Assembly: GCA_963628215.1 (NCBI GenBank)
Contig: CAVGEJ010000002.1
Location: forward strand, 4,620-68,619
Reading direction: 5' to 3'
DNA: 64,000 bases
DNA from: Eubacterium sp. CAG:180
Lineage (GTDB): Bacteria > Bacillota > Clostridia > Oscillospirales > CAG-272
The notes under the pieces were generated by a model, which was not told where the DNA came from, did not search any database, and saw nothing but the letters and a program-made list of their open reading frames with translations. How positions within the stretch are numbered: position 1 is the first letter of the stretch; the number at the start of each line of letters is the position of its first letter. Below are positions 18,750 to 28,357 of the stretch, one piece after another. The position numbers were made by a program, and so were the translations under genes.

Positions 18750-19189
18750 TTTTCGGTTTTCTCCTCTTCAGATTGTTCCGCCTTCTCGTCAATGCCGATG
18801 TAGTGAATCTCTTCCGCATCGCCATAGAGTTTTTCCAGTTTGTAAAACTCGCGCGATTCCCTGCTGAAGATGTGCAGAATCACCGTGCCGTAGTCCACCA
18901 CGACCCAGTTGTTATTGTCGCGCCCCTCAAAATGCTGCGGGTCAACGCCGCGCAACCCGAGTTTGTATTCCACCTCGCCGCCGAGCGCCTTGATCTGCGT
19001 ATTGGACTGCCCCGTGCAGATCACGAAATAATCGGTCAGCACGGTCTGCTCCCGCACACGCAGAACCCGGATGTCCTTCGCCTTCTTCGCGTCCAGCACG
19101 TCGAAGATCGCGTGCGCCAGTTCCTCCGACGAGGCGTTTGCAAGCGACGGAAGCTGTTCCGTCAGCTGTTCGGTCTTGTTTTCTTCCAT
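18746..19189 (-). CDS. rsfS: ribosome silencing factor RsfS (iojap)
   Basis: 147 aa. DYFVICTGQSNTQIKAL and WVVVDYGTVILHIF motifs. Overlaps the leuS start. Confidence 0.9.
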   Translation of the reverse strand: MEENKTEQLTEQLPSLANASSEELAHAIFDVLDAKKAKDIRVLRVREQTVLTDYFVICTGQSNTQIKALGGEVEYKLGLRGVDPQHFEGRDNNNWVVVDYGTVILHIFSRESREFYKLEKLYGDAEEIHYIGIDEKAEQSEEEKTEK

Positions 19190-19200
19190 ATGCTTCCTCC

Positions 19201-20172
19201 TTACGGCGCCGCTCGGGTCGCCGTGTATATTCTGTGAAACTCCGGATGTTCGGGGCGGTCAAATACCCGATCCGGGTCAAATTCCGTACAGGAAAATTCC
19301 GTCATGTCCGAGATTGCACGCGCCGCTGCCTCGCGGTTCAGGATATAGTACCACGCGCCGCTGACCCCTTTCGCCGCGTCTCCCGGGGCGGTCTCGGTCG
19401 TAAGCGAGGGCGCTTCCGCCCGCAGGAGCGCGAACGCCAATCGCAGAACCTCTGCGGTCGGCATATCGGTACGCACGTGCGGCAGAACCGTCAGGCAGAC
19501 GCCCGATAGCCTTGCGGGCGAGAGCGACCTGCAGGCGCGCAGAAACGCTTCCAGAAACAGCTTCTGCGCGTCCAACCGCCCTAGATCGGCGTTCGAATAC
19601 CCCGCGCGGAATCGGACGAACTGCTCTGCCGCCGCGCCGTCCAACCGCTGTTTTCCTGCGGCAAGGTCGATTTCCAATCCCTGAACCGGGTCGCTGTACC
19701 GCATGGCTTGCGGAATGTCGACCTCCACGCCGCCAACCGCGTCAACCGCCGCACGGACAACATCCAGATCGTAAACCGCCGTGTAATCAATCCGAACGCC
19801 GAGCGCATGGCTGAGAAACTCCCGCGTACCGTCCGCACCGAGCGTATTGTATGCCCCGTTGAGTTTCCTGTAGTCGCGGTCGGTGTAATTTGCATAGGTG
19901 TCGCGCGGCAACTGCAGAATGCGCACCTGTCCCGTCCGCAGGGTCACGGACAGAAGCAGAATGCTGTCGGTCAGCGACGCGGCGCGGTCACAGCCGAGCA
20001 TCAGAATCCGCAGATCCCGATCCTCCGACTCCGACGGCGCAGTAGCGTCCGCCCCGCGCGCTCCGTCCGGGTCGACTCCCTCCGCTCCCATGCAGGAAGC
20101 AAAAGAAACAAGCGAAAACAGAATGCAAAGCAACGCCGCAACCGCGCATAACCGTTTGATGGCAACCGACAT
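19201..20172 (-). CDS. LytR-CpsA-Psr (LCP) family cell-envelope transferase
   Basis: 323 aa. N-terminal TM segment, LMLGCDRAASLTDSILLLSV and LQLPRDTY LCP motifs. Confidence 0.85.
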   Translation of the reverse strand: MSVAIKRLCAVAALLCILFSLVSFASCMGAEGVDPDGARGADATAPSESEDRDLRILMLGCDRAASLTDSILLLSVTLRTGQVRILQLPRDTYANYTDRDYRKLNGAYNTLGADGTREFLSHALGVRIDYTAVYDLDVVRAAVDAVGGVEVDIPQAMRYSDPVQGLEIDLAAGKQRLDGAAAEQFVRFRAGYSNADLGRLDAQKLFLEAFLRACRSLSPARLSGVCLTVLPHVRTDMPTAEVLRLAFALLRAEAPSLTTETAPGDAAKGVSGAWYYILNREAAARAISDMTEFSCTEFDPDRVFDRPEHPEFHRIYTATRAAP

Positions 20173-20270
20173 CCCGACACCTCACCTTCCGAGGTTGCAA
20201 AACCTCTTGATGTAAGGTTGGGAATTTTTGATGTGTTCAGAGCAAAAAATGCGAAAGTCGGGACTAAGAT

Positions 20271-20460
20271 ATCCCCCTCATCAGTCGCTTACGCGACAGC
20301 TTCCCCCCGAGGGGAAGCCTCTTTGCGGGATGCCTTTCGTGTCTCATATCAACATAAGCGAGTGGATAGCCGATACACTTTCCCGGCAGAACCAACCGCC
20401 CGTTACAACAGGCTTCCCCTTGGGGGGAAGCTGTCGCGTAAGCGACTGATGAGGGGGGAT
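20271..20460. repeat. MITE-like unit: ~49-bp terminal inverted repeats flanking 91 bp
   Basis: The left arm 20271-20319 and right arm 20411-20460 are reverse complements apart from one indel and one substitution. Each arm also contains its own hairpins (GTCGC-TTAC-GCGAC; CTTCCCC..GGGGAAG). Confidence 0.75.
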
Positions 20461-20485
20461 CAATCCAAACTCCCGAAACGGGAAA

Positions 20486-21115
20486 TTATCCCTTTCCCCG
20501 CAACAACTCGTTTCTTGCTTCAATCGTATCAACGGCAACGGGTGTGCCCTCATCGAGCAGATCCCGCACGGTCATGTCATACGAAAGCAGAAGCGTGTCG
20601 CGAAGCAGTGCTTCCCGCGCCTGCGCCGTCATCGACTGCGGATCAGCGCCCCAGAAGTAGCGGCGCAGGATCACGCAATTGCGGAATGTGCGCGAATCGT
20701 CGATGTAATCGGCAAGATAGAGCAGTTTTTCGGTGAGCGTCATTTCCGCATGCCCCGTGGTGTGCCAACGAACCGCCGAAACGATGGTCGGATCGTCGAA
20801 TTCGGGATACTCCACGGGAATCTGCGCCGCCGCAGTCCGCGCGTGCAGCGTCTTGGGCGCGAGCAGATCGTCCACACAGATCGGAATGCCGTATGCGTGG
20901 CAGAGCACCACCTGCTCGGAAACCGACAGTTCCTTTGTAATATCGTGGAGCAATGCCGCCGCCCGCAACTTTTCGGTCTCTTCGGGGCAGTACAGCGCGC
21001 AAAGCCACGCCGCCATGTCCTCCACCGCCAGCGTATGGCGGCAACGTTTTTCGGAAAGCCGCGCCCGCACGGTTTCGCGCAGTCGGTTCAGTCTTTCCTC
21101 CCCACTCTCTGTCAT
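20486..21115 (-). CDS. yqeK: HD-domain bis(5'-nucleosyl)-tetraphosphatase YqeK
   Basis: 209 aa. RHTLAVEDMA and LLHDITKE HD motifs. Conserved position after nadD. Confidence 0.85.
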   Translation of the reverse strand: MTESGEERLNRLRETVRARLSEKRCRHTLAVEDMAAWLCALYCPEETEKLRAAALLHDITKELSVSEQVVLCHAYGIPICVDDLLAPKTLHARTAAAQIPVEYPEFDDPTIVSAVRWHTTGHAEMTLTEKLLYLADYIDDSRTFRNCVILRRYFWGADPQSMTAQAREALLRDTLLLSYDMTVRDLLDEGTPVAVDTIEARNELLRGKG

Positions 21116-21136
21116 GATACCCCACCTGACCTTTCT

Positions 21137-21739
21137 TCAAACATATAAATGTTTGTCACGAATGTATGCTTCCACCGCAGGAGGAAGCAAATCCCCGACC
21201 GATTCGCCCGCGCGCAGTTTCTTGCGGATTTCGGAGGAAGAAATTGCCAACGGCTCGGTGACAATCCGCCGCACGACCTTCCCGTACTTTTCCTGATAGT
21301 CCGCAATTTTCCGGATCAGCAGACCGTCCAGAGACGGGTCTGCCTCGCGGCGGATATAGACGGGATAGCACAGGCGGAAGATTTCCGCAGGCTCGCGCCA
21401 TTCGTCAAGCGTCAGCACCATGTCCGTTCCGCACAGGAGAAAGAGCCGCCGATCCTCCCCCGCGAGTTCCCGCAGGGTGTCCACCGTGTAACTCTTTCCG
21501 CCGCGACGGATTTCCATATCGCTGACATACACGCCCTCCATGCCGCCGAATGCCAGACGGCACATTTCCAACCGATCGGCGGCGGAAACGGGGTCTACCA
21601 TTTCCTTATGCGGCGGGAGCGCGTCGGGAATCACATAGAGGATGTCCAGCCACATCTGCTCCATGAACGCCCGCGCCGCCGCCAAATGTCCGTTGTGCGG
21701 CGGCGAAAAAGTCCCGCCGTAAATACCGATCCGCGTCAT
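21137..21739 (-). CDS. nadD: nicotinate-nucleotide adenylyltransferase
   Basis: ATG at 21739. IGIYGGTFSPPHNGH signature. The longer ORF to 22081 overlaps yhbY. Confidence 0.9.
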   Translation of the reverse strand: MTRIGIYGGTFSPPHNGHLAAARAFMEQMWLDILYVIPDALPPHKEMVDPVSAADRLEMCRLAFGGMEGVYVSDMEIRRGGKSYTVDTLRELAGEDRRLFLLCGTDMVLTLDEWREPAEIFRLCYPVYIRREADPSLDGLLIRKIADYQEKYGKVVRRIVTEPLAISSSEIRKKLRAGESVGDLLPPAVEAYIRDKHLYV

Positions 21740-22029
21740 CGGGGCAGTTCGATCACGGGCTTTTTGGAGGATCGGCGGTACAGCACCACCTTTTTCCCCG
21801 TCACCGCCACAACATCGGCACGCAGCGCTTCCGCCAGCGCGTCCGCCACACTTCTTGCGGTCTCTCCGCTGTTTTCCAGAACATTGAATTTCACCAGTTC
21901 CCGCGCCTCGAGCGCGTCGGAAAAGGTCTTGGTCAGATTCTCGGAAAGTCCGCCCTTCCCCACCTGCATAATGGCGGGAATATCGTTTGCCAGTCCGCGC
22001 AGATAAGCGCGCTGTTTGGATGTGATCAT
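21736..22029 (-). CDS. yhbY: ribosome assembly RNA-binding protein YhbY (CRS1/YhbY domain)
   Basis: ATG at 22029 after AAGGAG. ITSKQRAYLRGLANDIPAIMQVGKGGL is the typical N-terminus. Confidence 0.85.
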   Translation of the reverse strand: MITSKQRAYLRGLANDIPAIMQVGKGGLSENLTKTFSDALEARELVKFNVLENSGETARSVADALAEALRADVVAVTGKKVVLYRRSSKKPVIELPR

Positions 22030-22046
22030 GCTTGTATTCTCCTTGG

Positions 22047-22538
22047 TCAGTCTTTCGCGGTATGCCACCCCTGCGAAGCAAGGGATTCGAAAATTTCTTC
22101 CGCCACCCCGCAGAGAATGCAGATATACTGCGTTTCGTTCAGAAACACCCGCAGGGTGTTGCCGTCGTCCAGATGCACCGACCGCACGTCCTCGCGGGTC
22201 AGCTCCATGCAGGTCTTATCCCTGCCGCGCGTCATCAGAACCATGCTTCCGTCGGTCAGAATGAAATATCCGCCGAACGCCCCCTTCGGCGAGCGGAAGA
22301 GCACCTGCTCGTCAAAGAGGAACGGACCTTTGATTTTCGCCTTGAGCCGCTCGATGGGCAGATTCTGCAGGTACATCACGAACGGCAGGATCAACGTTAC
22401 CAATACCGCAACGGTCACACCGCCGATCACGCCGTACTCCCAACGCGTGAACATCCATGTCAGCGATCCGCTGAGAAGTCCCGCGCAGGTGGCGATCCAC
22501 CGCGTTGCGGGAGAGAGAAAGTAATCGGAATACTTCAT
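22047..22538 (-). CDS. membrane protein with PH/GRAM-like C-terminal domain (hypothetical)
   Basis: 163 aa, two predicted TM helices followed by a soluble domain. No confident family. Confidence 0.5.
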   Translation of the reverse strand: MKYSDYFLSPATRWIATCAGLLSGSLTWMFTRWEYGVIGGVTVAVLVTLILPFVMYLQNLPIERLKAKIKGPFLFDEQVLFRSPKGAFGGYFILTDGSMVLMTRGRDKTCMELTREDVRSVHLDDGNTLRVFLNETQYICILCGVAEEIFESLASQGWHTAKD

Positions 22539-23164
22539 TTTTCCGCGCCGCCTTCCGCAAGCCGCCGTTTCAGTTCCGCCGCAAACAGCCGCATGGCTTG
22601 CCCGCGGTGCGAAACGGCGTTCTTTTCCCCGGCGGAGAGTTCCGCAAAGGTCTTATTCAGAGGCGGATAGAAGAACAGCGGGTCGTAGCCGAAGCCGCCG
22701 TTTCCGTGATACTCCCGCAGGAGTCTGCCGCGCGCCTCGCCGCGAACCGTGAATTCGCTCCCGTCCGGAAGCACGCAGGCAATCGCGCAGACGAATGCCG
22801 CGCCGCGCGCTTCATCGGGAACGGTTTCCAACTTCCGCAGAACCAGACGGTTGTTCGCCTCGTCGTCGTGGTCGCTGTCAACGCCGCACCGCGCGGCATA
22901 TCTTGCCGACCAGATTCCCGGCTCGCCGCCCAACGCGTCCACCGTCAGTCCCGAATCGTCCGCCACGCCGATTCTGCCGCCGCGCGCCGCAACCCGCGCC
23001 TTGATGAGCGCGTTTTCCTCAAAAGTCGCGCCGTCCTCGACGATGTCTCCGATCACACCCACGTCGTCAAGCGACAGAACCTCCACTCCGGGCAACAGTT
23101 CTGCCATCAACGTGCGCATTTCGGCAATCTTTTTGGCGTTTCGGGATGCCAATACCATTGTCAT
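22535..23164 (-). CDS. rdgB: XTP/dITP diphosphatase (RdgB/HAM1 family)
   Basis: 209 aa. LASRNAKKIAEM, GFGYDPLF and FAELSAGEKNAVSHRGQA motifs. Confidence 0.9.
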   Translation of the reverse strand: MTMVLASRNAKKIAEMRTLMAELLPGVEVLSLDDVGVIGDIVEDGATFEENALIKARVAARGGRIGVADDSGLTVDALGGEPGIWSARYAARCGVDSDHDDEANNRLVLRKLETVPDEARGAAFVCAIACVLPDGSEFTVRGEARGRLLREYHGNGGFGYDPLFFYPPLNKTFAELSAGEKNAVSHRGQAMRLFAAELKRRLAEGGAEK

Positions 23165-23173
23165 CGCTTCACC

Positions 23174-24685
23174 TCATCCCTCAAACAGCGCGCGGACGAA
23201 CTCGGTGCGGTCGAACTCCTGCATATCGTCCAGTTTCTCTCCAACGCCGATGAATTTAACGGGAATGTTCAGCTCCTTGCGGATGGAAATGATGATGCCG
23301 CCCTTTGCAGTCCCGTCCAGTTTGTTGAGAATCAGACCCGTCAGCGCCGCCGCATTCTTGAATTCCTTTGCCTGAATGATGGCGTTCTGACCCGTGGTCG
23401 CGTCCAGAACCAACAGGTTCTCGCGGCTCACCCCGGGCAGTTCGCGGTCGATCACGCGGTTGATTTTCGCCAATTCGTTCATCAGGTTGGTCTTGTTGTG
23501 AAGCCGTCCCGCCGTGTCGATAATCAGCACGTCGGCGTTTTTGTTCTTCGCCGCGTGGCAGGCGTCAAAGACCACCGCCGCAGGGTCGCTCCCCTCGTTC
23601 TGGCGCACCAGATCGACCTTTGCCCGCTCGCACCAGACCGCCAACTGGTCAATCGCCGCCGCGCGGAAGGTATCCGCCGCCGCCACAATGACCTTTTTGC
23701 CTTCCTTGCGCAAACGGTTCGCAATCTTCCCGATGGAAGTCGTTTTTCCGACACCGTTGACTCCGATGACCAGAATCACCGACGGCACGGTATCCAGTTT
23801 CAGCGGTTCGCCCTCGCCGATCATCCGTTCCAGAATGCTCTGCAGAGCGCCCATCACCTGATCATTTTCCTTGAGTCTGCCGTCCTTGATCTGCTCGCGA
23901 AGTTCCCCGATGATCTCCTCGGACGCATTCACGCCGACATCCGCGCAGATCAGCAGTTCTTCCAACTCTTCCAACAGATCCTCGTCCACCTTGACGAAGT
24001 TCTTCAGCAGGTCGTTGATCTGCCCGAACAGCGCGTTTTTGGTCTTGCTCAGCCCCGCCTTCACGCGACTCCAGAAGGACTTTTTCTCCTTCTTCTTTTC
24101 CTCGCCCGTCAGCGGCGCTTCTTCGGATTCCGCAACTTCTTCCGCTTTCTCCGCTTCCTCTGCCGCCTTCTCCGGTTCGGTAACAGTTTCGGTTTCCGTT
24201 TCAGTTTCGGCTTCCGCTTCCGTCTCCGGCTCGAATGTAGCCCCGGAGACCTCCTCCGGGACGGGGTTCTGTTCCTCTGCCTTTTCTTCCGGTTCTGCCT
24301 CGGGGGTCAGTTCCGGTTCGGTGACGGGAATCACCTCGGGCACAGGGGTCTCCCCGATTCCCTTATCGGGTTGCGGGTCGGGCTTCTCCGGCACTTCGGG
24401 AAGCGGCTCGGAAACCGCTTCGTCGGGGTCGGGAATAATCGGTTGCAGGGGCGCTTCCGGCGCGGCAGGCTCGGTGGGCGCAACGGGGACTTCGGGCACG
24501 ATTTCGGGCTTCGGCGTCTCCGTCTCCCGCTTCGGCTCATCCGCTTTCTCCGCCTCCGCAGCTTCCGCAACTTCCGCTACCGCAGTTTCTTCCGCTTCCT
24601 TTTTTTCTTCGGTTACAACAGGCTCTTCAACTGCGGCTTCCTCTTTTTTCTTTTTTCTGCCGAACAGTTTATCCAAAAATCCCAT
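23174..24685 (-). CDS. ftsY: signal recognition particle receptor FtsY with long acidic N-terminal domain
   Basis: 503 aa. NG domain ([23 protein letters not shown]-like [11 protein letters not shown]). About 200 aa of E/P/T-rich A domain including an ETETETET run. Confidence 0.95.
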   Translation of the reverse strand: MGFLDKLFGRKKKKEEAAVEEPVVTEEKKEAEETAVAEVAEAAEAEKADEPKRETETPKPEIVPEVPVAPTEPAAPEAPLQPIIPDPDEAVSEPLPEVPEKPDPQPDKGIGETPVPEVIPVTEPELTPEAEPEEKAEEQNPVPEEVSGATFEPETEAEAETETETETVTEPEKAAEEAEKAEEVAESEEAPLTGEEKKKEKKSFWSRVKAGLSKTKNALFGQINDLLKNFVKVDEDLLEELEELLICADVGVNASEEIIGELREQIKDGRLKENDQVMGALQSILERMIGEGEPLKLDTVPSVILVIGVNGVGKTTSIGKIANRLRKEGKKVIVAAADTFRAAAIDQLAVWCERAKVDLVRQNEGSDPAAVVFDACHAAKNKNADVLIIDTAGRLHNKTNLMNELAKINRVIDRELPGVSRENLLVLDATTGQNAIIQAKEFKNAAALTGLILNKLDGTAKGGIIISIRKELNIPVKFIGVGEKLDDMQEFDRTEFVRALFEG

Positions 24686-27600
24686 CCCAGTCTTCTCCTT
24701 CCTTCTTCGAAATATCGTTGATATTCAACATCAGCACCTTGGAAATGCCGTGTTCGGGCATCGTCACACCGTAGAGTCTGTCCGCCGCCGCCATCGTTCC
24801 GCGACGGTGGGTAATCATGATGAACTGCGTTCCGTGTGAATAGCGCTTGATGTACTGCGCCAGACGTTCGACGTTCACCTCGTCGAGCGCGGCTTCGATC
24901 TCATCCAGAATGCAGAACGGCGTGGGGTTGACCTGCAGGATTGCAAAGAACAGCGCAACGCCGATGAACGCCTGCTCGCCGCCGGAAAGCTGCATCAGGT
25001 TCTTGATGATCTTTCCGGGAGGCGCGGCTTTGATCTCGATGCCGCTTTCGAGCACGTTTTCGGGATCGGAGAGCGAAAGTTCCGCCGAACCGCCGCCGAA
25101 CAGCTCCGAGAACACGCGCCCGAAGTTTTCGTTGATCCGGTTAAAGGATTCCACAAAAGCGGTTTTCATATCCGTTTCGAGATCCGCAATGACAAGAATT
25201 GTCTTTTTGCGGCTTTCTTCCAGATCGTCCAGGTCGGCTTTCATCTTCTCGTAACGGGTTCGCACGTCCTCGTATTTATTCACCGCGTCAAGGTCAACGC
25301 TACCCATCGCGCGTAACTTGTTCTTGCATTCGGTCTGGAGCACGAGCATTTCGGGTCTGGTCTCTTTGGTCAGAGGCGGATATCCGAGCGCCAACGCGTC
25401 GTTGCGCGTCATCTCGTATTCCTCCCACAGCTTGCCCGCCAGTTTGTCCTGCGAATCGCGCAGACCGTTCAGCTTTGCCTCGCACTTGGTGTATTCGCGC
25501 AGAATCAGTTCCTTCTGGTTCTGCTTGTCGCGCAGGCGGGTGTTGACGTCGGTCAGCTTGCGCTCAAACTCCGCGCCGCCCTGCTCGATTGCGGTACGGC
25601 TCTCGGTGATTTCCGCAAGCGTTGTTTTTGCCGTTTCCAGTTCCTCGCCCTCGCGACGGATCTCTTCCTCGGTCTGTGCAATCTGCTCTTCGCGAGCGCG
25701 GATCTTTTCGGTCAGCGCGTCGCGCTCCTGCGTTAGAGCGGCAATGCGATCCTCGCAATCCTGCCGCAGGGTGTTCTCGGTTTCAATGTCTTTCTGCGCC
25801 TCGCTGATCTGAATGTAGAGATCGGTCATCCGCCGCGTGTTGCAGTCCTTTTCCAGAACCGTGTCGCCGTGCTCGGATTCCTTTTCCTTGCGGAAATCGC
25901 GGATTTCGGAGATGCGGTGCGCAAGGCTTTCCCGCTCAGCGCCAAGCCGCGTCAGATCTTCCTCATAGCGTGCGCGCGCCTCCTCGAGTTGCTTCATGTC
26001 GTTCTTCAGCTTATCGAGAAGCGTGTTGTTCGCGTCCAGCTTTGCGCGCAACTGCTCCAGTTGCGCCGCCTCGGTGTTCCGCAGAACGCCGATCAGTTCG
26101 CGGCGATCCTCGGCGGAATTGCGGCGCTCTTCCAACTCTTCCGCTTCGCGCGTCAGTTCGCCGAGTTGCTTTTCCAGTTTGGCAACGGTCGCCTTCTTTT
26201 CGTTCAGTTCCGCCTCGAGCCGCTTGACCTCGCTCCCGCGGGAGAGAATACCGTTCCCCGTGCGAACAGAGCCGCCCGTAAACGAACCGCCGACGTTGAT
26301 CTGCTGTCCGTCCAACGTCACCGCCCGAACGCGGTAATGCGTGGCGCGCGCCATCACGTTGGCGTTGTCGATATTGTCAAAAACCACCGTTCTGCCAAGC
26401 AGTGAGGACAGCACGTCGCGGAATTTTCCGTCACAGGAAACCAGGCTGTCGGCAACGCCGATGTAGCCGCGGTAACCCGCCGCCTCGGTCATCTCGCGCG
26501 TGGGTTGGGAAGCCTTCATAGAGGTCAGCGGGAAGAAGGTTGCCCGTCCCGCTTCCCCGCGCTTGAGGGCGTACATCGCCGCCTTTGCGGTCGCTTCGTC
26601 CTCCACCACGATGTTCTGCAGATTTGCGCCGAGCGCGATTTCGATTGCGGTCACATAGCGATCCTCAACCGAAATGACCTTCGAAAGCGGTCCGTAAATC
26701 TTCCCGCAGGGCGCGCCGTGCGTATCGGTGACCTTTCCCTCGTCATATTGCTTCATGACGTAGCGAACCGCGCCCGAATAGCCCTCGAAATGCTCTTCCA
26801 TGGAGCGGATGGTCGCAATCCGCTGCGCCAGAGAATCCTGACGGAATTTTGCGTCGTTGCAGTCCTTTTCCGCCGCGCGAACCAACACCGCAACGCGCCC
26901 CGCCTTGGTTTCGGCGTCGGCGATCTCCCCGTCGATGGAAGCCAGTTCCGCATCGTATTTCGCCACGGTCTCTTCCTTCGATTTGCACTGCCCGCCGAGC
27001 GTTTCCGAAATCTTCCGGTAACCGTCCATTTCCTGCAGGGCGGAACTGTTCTTGTCGAAATCGGTGGTTTTGGCGTTGTCCAGAACCGAAATGCGGATCT
27101 CCACATCCTTTTCCTCGGCTTCCAGATCGCGGATATCGGCAAGCGCCTGCGCAATCGCCGCCGAGAGGTCGGCTTCCTTTTTGCCGAGCACCGCCTGCGC
27201 GGCGTTCAGCTTGTCCTGCTCTGCGCCGAGATCGGCAACGCGGTTTTCCAATTCGCCGATCTTCTGCGCGTGCGCCGCGCTCGAGGCGGTCTCCGCCGCA
27301 ATGGACTTCTCTGTTCCAGCCAACGACCCCTGTGTTGCCGCGATCAGGTCGCGCGCGTGCGCGATATTGTTCTGCGCAACCGTGCGCCGCCGCTCCAACT
27401 CATGGCAACGGTCGGTCTGCTCGCGGATGCGCTCAAACAGTTCCTCGCTCTTCTGACGGCTTGACTGCGCCGCCTCGGACAGCTTGGCGTACTGCGTATC
27501 CAACGCCTGAATGCTGTCCTCCGCCGTTTGCAGGTCGAAGGAGGCGCGCGACATGGCTTCCTCCGCCGCATTCAGTTCGTCGCGGATTTTTTCGGTATCA

Positions 27601-28337
27601 TAAAGCCACAGACTCACGTCCGCGCGCTTTTTGCTGTCGTGCAACTCAATCGCCTTTTTCGCGCGTTCCGCTTCCTTTTTCAGCGGCTCGACGCGTGAGG
27701 CAACCTCGGAAAAGATGTCGGACAGGCGGCTGATGTTGTCCTCCGCCTCCGCCAGTTTCCGCTCGGCTTCGGTTTTCTGATGGCGGTATTTCGCAATTCC
27801 CGAAGCGTCCTCGAACACACTGCGGCGCTCCTCGCTCTTGCGGGACACCATCTCGGCAATTTTACCCTGCCCGATGATGGAGTAACCGTCGCGCCCGATA
27901 CCCGTGTTCATGAACAGCTCGTAGATATCCTTCAGACGAACCGCCTTGCGGTTGATGAAGTATTCGCTGTCCCCCGCGCGGTAGTAACGTCTGGTAACGG
28001 TCACTTCGTCGAACGGACAGTCCAGTTTTGCAAAATCGCCCCGATTGTCAAAGGTGACCGACACCTCGGCATATCCCATCGGACGGCGGCTGTCCGCGCC
28101 GCCGAAAATGACGTCTTCCATCTTGCTTCCGCGCAGGCTCTTGGAAGAGATTTCACCCAGAACCCAACGCATGGCATCGGCAATATTGGATTTTCCGGAC
28201 CCGTTCGGTCCGACAATGACCGTAACGCCCTGTCCCTCATCGGCGGCAACATTCACGTCCACGCCGCGGTCAAACAGCAGTCTCGTCTTGTCGGGAAAGG
28301 ACTTGAAGCCCTGCATTTCCAGTGATTTCAGATACAC
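24669..28337 (-). CDS. smc: chromosome segregation protein SMC
   Basis: 1222 aa. Walker A GPNGSGKSN, coiled coils, hinge, signature LSGGE and Walker B ILDEIEAALD. Confidence 0.97.
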   Translation of the reverse strand: MYLKSLEMQGFKSFPDKTRLLFDRGVDVNVAADEGQGVTVIVGPNGSGKSNIADAMRWVLGEISSKSLRGSKMEDVIFGGADSRRPMGYAEVSVTFDNRGDFAKLDCPFDEVTVTRRYYRAGDSEYFINRKAVRLKDIYELFMNTGIGRDGYSIIGQGKIAEMVSRKSEERRSVFEDASGIAKYRHQKTEAERKLAEAEDNISRLSDIFSEVASRVEPLKKEAERAKKAIELHDSKKRADVSLWLYDTEKIRDELNAAEEAMSRASFDLQTAEDSIQALDTQYAKLSEAAQSSRQKSEELFERIREQTDRCHELERRRTVAQNNIAHARDLIAATQGSLAGTEKSIAAETASSAAHAQKIGELENRVADLGAEQDKLNAAQAVLGKKEADLSAAIAQALADIRDLEAEEKDVEIRISVLDNAKTTDFDKNSSALQEMDGYRKISETLGGQCKSKEETVAKYDAELASIDGEIADAETKAGRVAVLVRAAEKDCNDAKFRQDSLAQRIATIRSMEEHFEGYSGAVRYVMKQYDEGKVTDTHGAPCGKIYGPLSKVISVEDRYVTAIEIALGANLQNIVVEDEATAKAAMYALKRGEAGRATFFPLTSMKASQPTREMTEAAGYRGYIGVADSLVSCDGKFRDVLSSLLGRTVVFDNIDNANVMARATHYRVRAVTLDGQQINVGGSFTGGSVRTGNGILSRGSEVKRLEAELNEKKATVAKLEKQLGELTREAEELEERRNSAEDRRELIGVLRNTEAAQLEQLRAKLDANNTLLDKLKNDMKQLEEARARYEEDLTRLGAERESLAHRISEIRDFRKEKESEHGDTVLEKDCNTRRMTDLYIQISEAQKDIETENTLRQDCEDRIAALTQERDALTEKIRAREEQIAQTEEEIRREGEELETAKTTLAEITESRTAIEQGGAEFERKLTDVNTRLRDKQNQKELILREYTKCEAKLNGLRDSQDKLAGKLWEEYEMTRNDALALGYPPLTKETRPEMLVLQTECKNKLRAMGSVDLDAVNKYEDVRTRYEKMKADLDDLEESRKKTILVIADLETDMKTAFVESFNRINENFGRVFSELFGGGSAELSLSDPENVLESGIEIKAAPPGKIIKNLMQLSGGEQAFIGVALFFAILQVNPTPFCILDEIEAALDEVNVERLAQYIKRYSHGTQFIMITHRRGTMAAADRLYGVTMPEHGISKVLMLNINDISKKEGEDWDGIFG

Positions 28338-28357
28338 AGCAGATGTTCTCCTTCTTT

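Noticed and set aside
16302-18803. 833-aa ORF on the plus strand
   Set aside because: It is exactly antisense to leuS, with no RBS and no recognisable domains.
18749-19200. T-box leader expected upstream of leuS
   Set aside because: The leuS start overlaps the rsfS stop, so there is no leader space. No specifier/T-box motifs were seen.
20271-20460. Possibility that the inverted-repeat-flanked 91-bp core is an invertible promoter (inverton)
   Set aside because: I could not find a convincing -35/-10 pair in either orientation of the core, and no invertase is adjacent. It is kept only as a minor alternative in the finding.
20218-20736. ORFs 20218..20736, 20228..20449 (+) and 20344..20553 (-)
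   Set aside because: They translate the MITE-like inverted repeat (mirror-image peptides on both strands) and run into yqeK antisense.
23780-24690. Repetitive GAA/GAG/CCG-rich DNA that could be mistaken for a tandem repeat array
   Set aside because: It is the coding sequence for the acidic N-terminal A domain of FtsY. The frame is open and contiguous with the NG domain.
22505-24721. 738-aa ORF on the plus strand. The same applies to 32574..34697 (707 aa), 4877..6304 (475 aa), 45939..47336 (465 aa), 42737..44020 (427 aa) and 53527..54756 (409 aa).
   Set aside because: All are antisense to confidently identified genes (rdgB/ftsY, topA, nrnA/spoIIR, the dac-like gene, scpA, the DUF1508 gene) and have repetitive R/G/F-rich translations.
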